64,000 nucleotides of DNA from Planctomycetota bacterium. Its GTDB lineage: Bacteria > Planctomycetota > B15-G4 > JADJEK01. The stretch covers positions 32,001 through 96,000 of the forward strand of contig JBGAIQ010000013.1 in assembly GCA_044225365.1 (NCBI GenBank), written 5' to 3'. Below are positions 61,331-64,000 of this stretch, piece after piece (the stretch's first letter is position 1; each line of letters opens with the position of its first letter). The translations under genes were made by a program, and so were the position numbers. The notes beneath the pieces were generated by a model. The model saw only the letters and a program-made list of their open reading frames with translations, was not told the origin of the DNA and made no database searches.

Positions 61331-62284
61331 TCAGTGCGCCCACGCGCGTTCGAACACGTCGCGGAGGCCGCGATGGAGCGAGCTCGCGACGTCGAGCTTG
61401 ATGAGCGTCTCGGACGGCGAGCCGGGCACGATCAGTCGCAGGTGCAGCGCGTCGGGCAGGAAGATCATGCGGAAGCGCCAGAGCGGCGCATGTTTCGTGA
61501 GTCGCACTTCGAGTCGTGCGCGGGCGGGAGCGTCGAGCCCGCTGCGGATCTCCTCGAGATGCCGTAGCGACGCCTCGATGCGCGACGACATCGCGCCCCG
61601 CAGCGGGACGTCGTCCCTGACGGCCTTGTCGATCGCGGAGACTTCGGGACTCTTCGGGTCGAGGAGCAGGAACCGCACTCGCCCGTCCTTCTCCGTAGCG
61701 GCTCGCGCGACGAGTTCGCGAAACTCCGGGTTGCCGAGGAACGAGGAAAACGACGCCGCGTACACGTCGAGCCGCTTCGGTGCGATCTCCGTGATCAACT
61801 CGTACAGCTCGCGCGTGAGTCCACCGGCAGGTTCGTCCGAGGTCGCGAAGAAGCGCACGCCCGACGTCTTGCGCAGGCCGAAGAAGTCCTGGAGCGCCGC
61901 CATCGGGCGCTCCGTGTCGTCGCCGACGATCGCGATGCGGAACATCTCGGTCAGAAGGCGGATGTCCTTCTGCGCGAAGAAGTACGTCCCGAGCTTGTCG
62001 TTGACTGCGCGCAGGGCCTGATGGATCGTCTTGCGACGCGAAGGTGCATCCTCGCGCGCGGTGCGAAGCAGGTCGTTCTCTCGCAGATGCTGGAAGATCT
62101 CGTCGAAGAGGACGGGACGCACGCGATCGCGGAGGAAGCGCAGGATGGCGACCTGGCGACTCGGCTCGCCGCGGAACTTCCGCCCGGCCGGGCGGACGAT
62201 CGCCTCGTTCAGAACCCGTTCGAACGCGTCGCTCGGAATCGTGGGTTCACTCGAGGGAATCCGAGGTGACTTCTCATGCGACAT
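61331..62284 (-). CDS. Putative regulator: N-terminal winged-helix-like region plus DUF5919/TrmB-like C-terminal domain
   Basis: IL.FL......FDEIF.HL N-terminus. LDVYA.SF, VRFLLLDP.S, LEVRL....P..R..F C-terminus. Divergent from the desaturase. Confidence 0.6.
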   Translation of the reverse strand: MSHEKSPRIPSSEPTIPSDAFERVLNEAIVRPAGRKFRGEPSRQVAILRFLRDRVRPVLFDEIFQHLRENDLLRTAREDAPSRRKTIHQALRAVNDKLGTYFFAQKDIRLLTEMFRIAIVGDDTERPMAALQDFFGLRKTSGVRFFATSDEPAGGLTRELYELITEIAPKRLDVYAASFSSFLGNPEFRELVARAATEKDGRVRFLLLDPKSPEVSAIDKAVRDDVPLRGAMSSRIEASLRHLEEIRSGLDAPARARLEVRLTKHAPLWRFRMIFLPDALHLRLIVPGSPSETLIKLDVASSLHRGLRDVFERAWAH

Positions 62285-62445
62285 CTGGCCCGTCCTTCGC
62301 AGCGTCGTTCAACCACGGTCGCGAGCGCGGTTTAGAGTGCTCATTGCTTCGCGCGGATGTCGCATCAACATACCACGGACAGACATCCGACATCTGGAAT
62401 ACGTGTGGCAAGCGTCATAGCCCATTGACATTCAAGTTCTTGCGC

Positions 62446-62474
62446 TTGACGCCCGATGATTCTTCGTCCATCTT
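62446..62474 (+). promoter_or_regulatory. Candidate sigma-70 promoter for the desaturase
   Basis: TTGACG-N17-CATCTT, 33 nt before the GTG. A TTGACATTCAA inverted repeat lies at 62425-62435. Confidence 0.35.
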
Positions 62475-62507
62475 GATGGCGAGTCATCGACCCCGGAAGG
62501 TCATCCC

Positions 62508-63515
62508 GTGAGCACCACCGCGCAAGCCCCGAATGTCCGCACGAACCTCGCGAAGAGCCAGTACTACATCAAGAGCGCCTCGACCCTCAAACAGGAGCTG
62601 GCGCGCGAGATCGACAAGGACGTGATCCGCGAGCTGCATCGCAAGCGCGCGTGGCTCCACTTCCTCGTGCTCTTCCGCCAGATCGCGTTCATGGCTCTCG
62701 GCACCTACGTGAGCTACACGCGCCCCGAGTGGTACTTCTGGATCCCGTCGGCGATCGTCGTCGGATTCACCGCATTCAACTTCACCGTGATGCTCCACGA
62801 GGTCGTGCACAAGGCCGTCTTCGAGAAGCCGAACGCGAAGTGGGAGCGCTTCCTCGGCATCCTGTACGCGTTCCCCTCGGGGATCAGCGCGACGCAGTTC
62901 ACGCGCTGGCACCTCGACCATCACGACAACCTCGGCTCGGCGACCGACGACCCGAAGCGGTTCAATCTCTCGCCGAAGAAGAACTCGCGCCTGCTGAAGC
63001 TCGCGTACTTCACGCCCGCGCTGTTCCCGATCTACTTCCGCGCGGCGAAGAACGAGACCGCGACGTACTCACCGGAGATGCAGGCGCTCGTCAAGAAGGA
63101 GCGCATCCTCACGATCGTCGGGCATCTCGGAATCCTCGCGACGCTGTGGATCACGCTCGGCTTCACGATGGCCGCGAAGCTGTACATGGTGCCCTACTTC
63201 CTGGTCTTCCCGATCGCGTTCGCGCTCAATCGTTCGGGACAGCACTACAACATCGATCCCGAGGATCCCGCCAAGTGGTCGACGCTCGTGAAGAGTTCAC
63301 CGTTCTGGAACTTCGCGTTCCTCTGGTCCAACTTCCATCTCGAGCACCACTACTACCCGAACGTCCCCTTCTACCACCTGAAGCGGACCCACTTCCTGCT
63401 GCAGGCGTTCTTCGCGCGGCGCAACATGGTGCCCGTCGGCTACGGCGAGTTGCTCTGGAACTGGATCGTGAGGAACGGCAAGCCGCACACCAAGTGGGGT
63501 TGTCGCGGATCCTGA
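62508..63515 (+). CDS. Membrane fatty-acid desaturase family protein
   Basis: Three histidine boxes HEVVH, HLDHH, HLEHH..P.VP.Y.L, with TM segments. Confidence 0.92.
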   Translation: MSTTAQAPNVRTNLAKSQYYIKSASTLKQELAREIDKDVIRELHRKRAWLHFLVLFRQIAFMALGTYVSYTRPEWYFWIPSAIVVGFTAFNFTVMLHEVVHKAVFEKPNAKWERFLGILYAFPSGISATQFTRWHLDHHDNLGSATDDPKRFNLSPKKNSRLLKLAYFTPALFPIYFRAAKNETATYSPEMQALVKKERILTIVGHLGILATLWITLGFTMAAKLYMVPYFLVFPIAFALNRSGQHYNIDPEDPAKWSTLVKSSPFWNFAFLWSNFHLEHHYYPNVPFYHLKRTHFLLQAFFARRNMVPVGYGELLWNWIVRNGKPHTKWGCRGS

Positions 63516-63520
63516 CGCGC

Positions 63521-64000
63521 TCAGTGTTTCTCGACCGCGCGCAATGCGACCTCAGTCTCCTGATGCGCGGTGACGACGGCTTCGGCCTCGAGTTCGAGAT
63601 ACTTGCCGAGCACCTCGATCCCGGTGCGCACGACGTAGTTCCCGGGCTTCAGTCCCATCGCGCGATAGCCGCCGTTCTCGATTCGCTCCGCGATCCGTGA
63701 TTCGATCGTGTTCGCCCCGCCTTCGAGTGTGAGCGAGAGCCCTTCCATCGGCAAGGGCGCGTCGTCGAATCCGTCGGCGTCGATCGTGAGGAGCAACGAT
63801 CCGGCGGGCGCGACCGGGATCGTGAGCTCGAGGTCGCGGTCCTTCGACATCACGATGCCGCGTTCGACCCCGACGTACGTGTTCCCTTCACTCGGCTCGA
63901 ACCTGACGTCCCATTCTCCAGGCACGACGTCATCGAACTCGCAGCGGCCCTGCGCGCCGATCCGACGAACGCGCAGCATGCGCTGCGCGAAATCGTTGTC
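63521..64000 (-). CDS. 3' part of a carboxypeptidase-regulatory-like domain protein (5' end beyond the window)
   Basis: G...FDDVVPGEWDV and G.Y...GLKPGNYVV beta-sandwich repeats. Frame runs to the window edge. Confidence 0.6.
   Translation of the reverse strand, partial: DNDFAQRMLRVRRIGAQGRCEFDDVVPGEWDVRFEPSEGNTYVGVERGIVMSKDRDLELTIPVAPAGSLLLTIDADGFDDAPLPMEGLSLTLEGGANTIESRIAERIENGGYRAMGLKPGNYVVRTGIEVLGKYLELEAEAVVTAHQETEVALRAVEKH

Overview
GC-rich, densely coding bacterial chromosomal window. It is most consistent with a diderm Planctomycetota-like organism, an inference from kdsA, the DUF1800/DUF1501 pair, CRTAC1/FG-GAP proteins and Hanks kinases beside an ECF sigma factor. Housekeeping genes: kdsA, sthA, a fused E2-E1 2-oxoglutarate dehydrogenase, and zwf-opcA-pgl. 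Accessory loci: a kamA/ATP-grasp/ATP-grasp/GNAT operon, a lipid-linked sugar modification cluster with a large GT-C-like fusion protein, a minor-pilin operon, an orphan solute-binding protein coupled to a hybrid kinase, and an Rpn-family nuclease with an internal start and a scrambled duplicated tail. Two families of short extragenic palindromes (REP/REPIN/BIME-like) recur. Strongest candidate for an undescribed system (49.3-58.8 kb): an ECF sigma factor with Ser/Thr where the acidic DAED motif normally sits, divergent from an 80-aa protein that is a stand-alone copy of the N-terminal domain of two tandem Ser/Thr kinase-WD40 paralogs downstream. Second candidate: a ~125-aa C-terminal domain shared by two, possibly three, different exported proteins, which may be a lineage-specific sorting signal. 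No rRNA, tRNA or CRISPR array was seen. All family calls come from reading motifs by eye, not from database searches.
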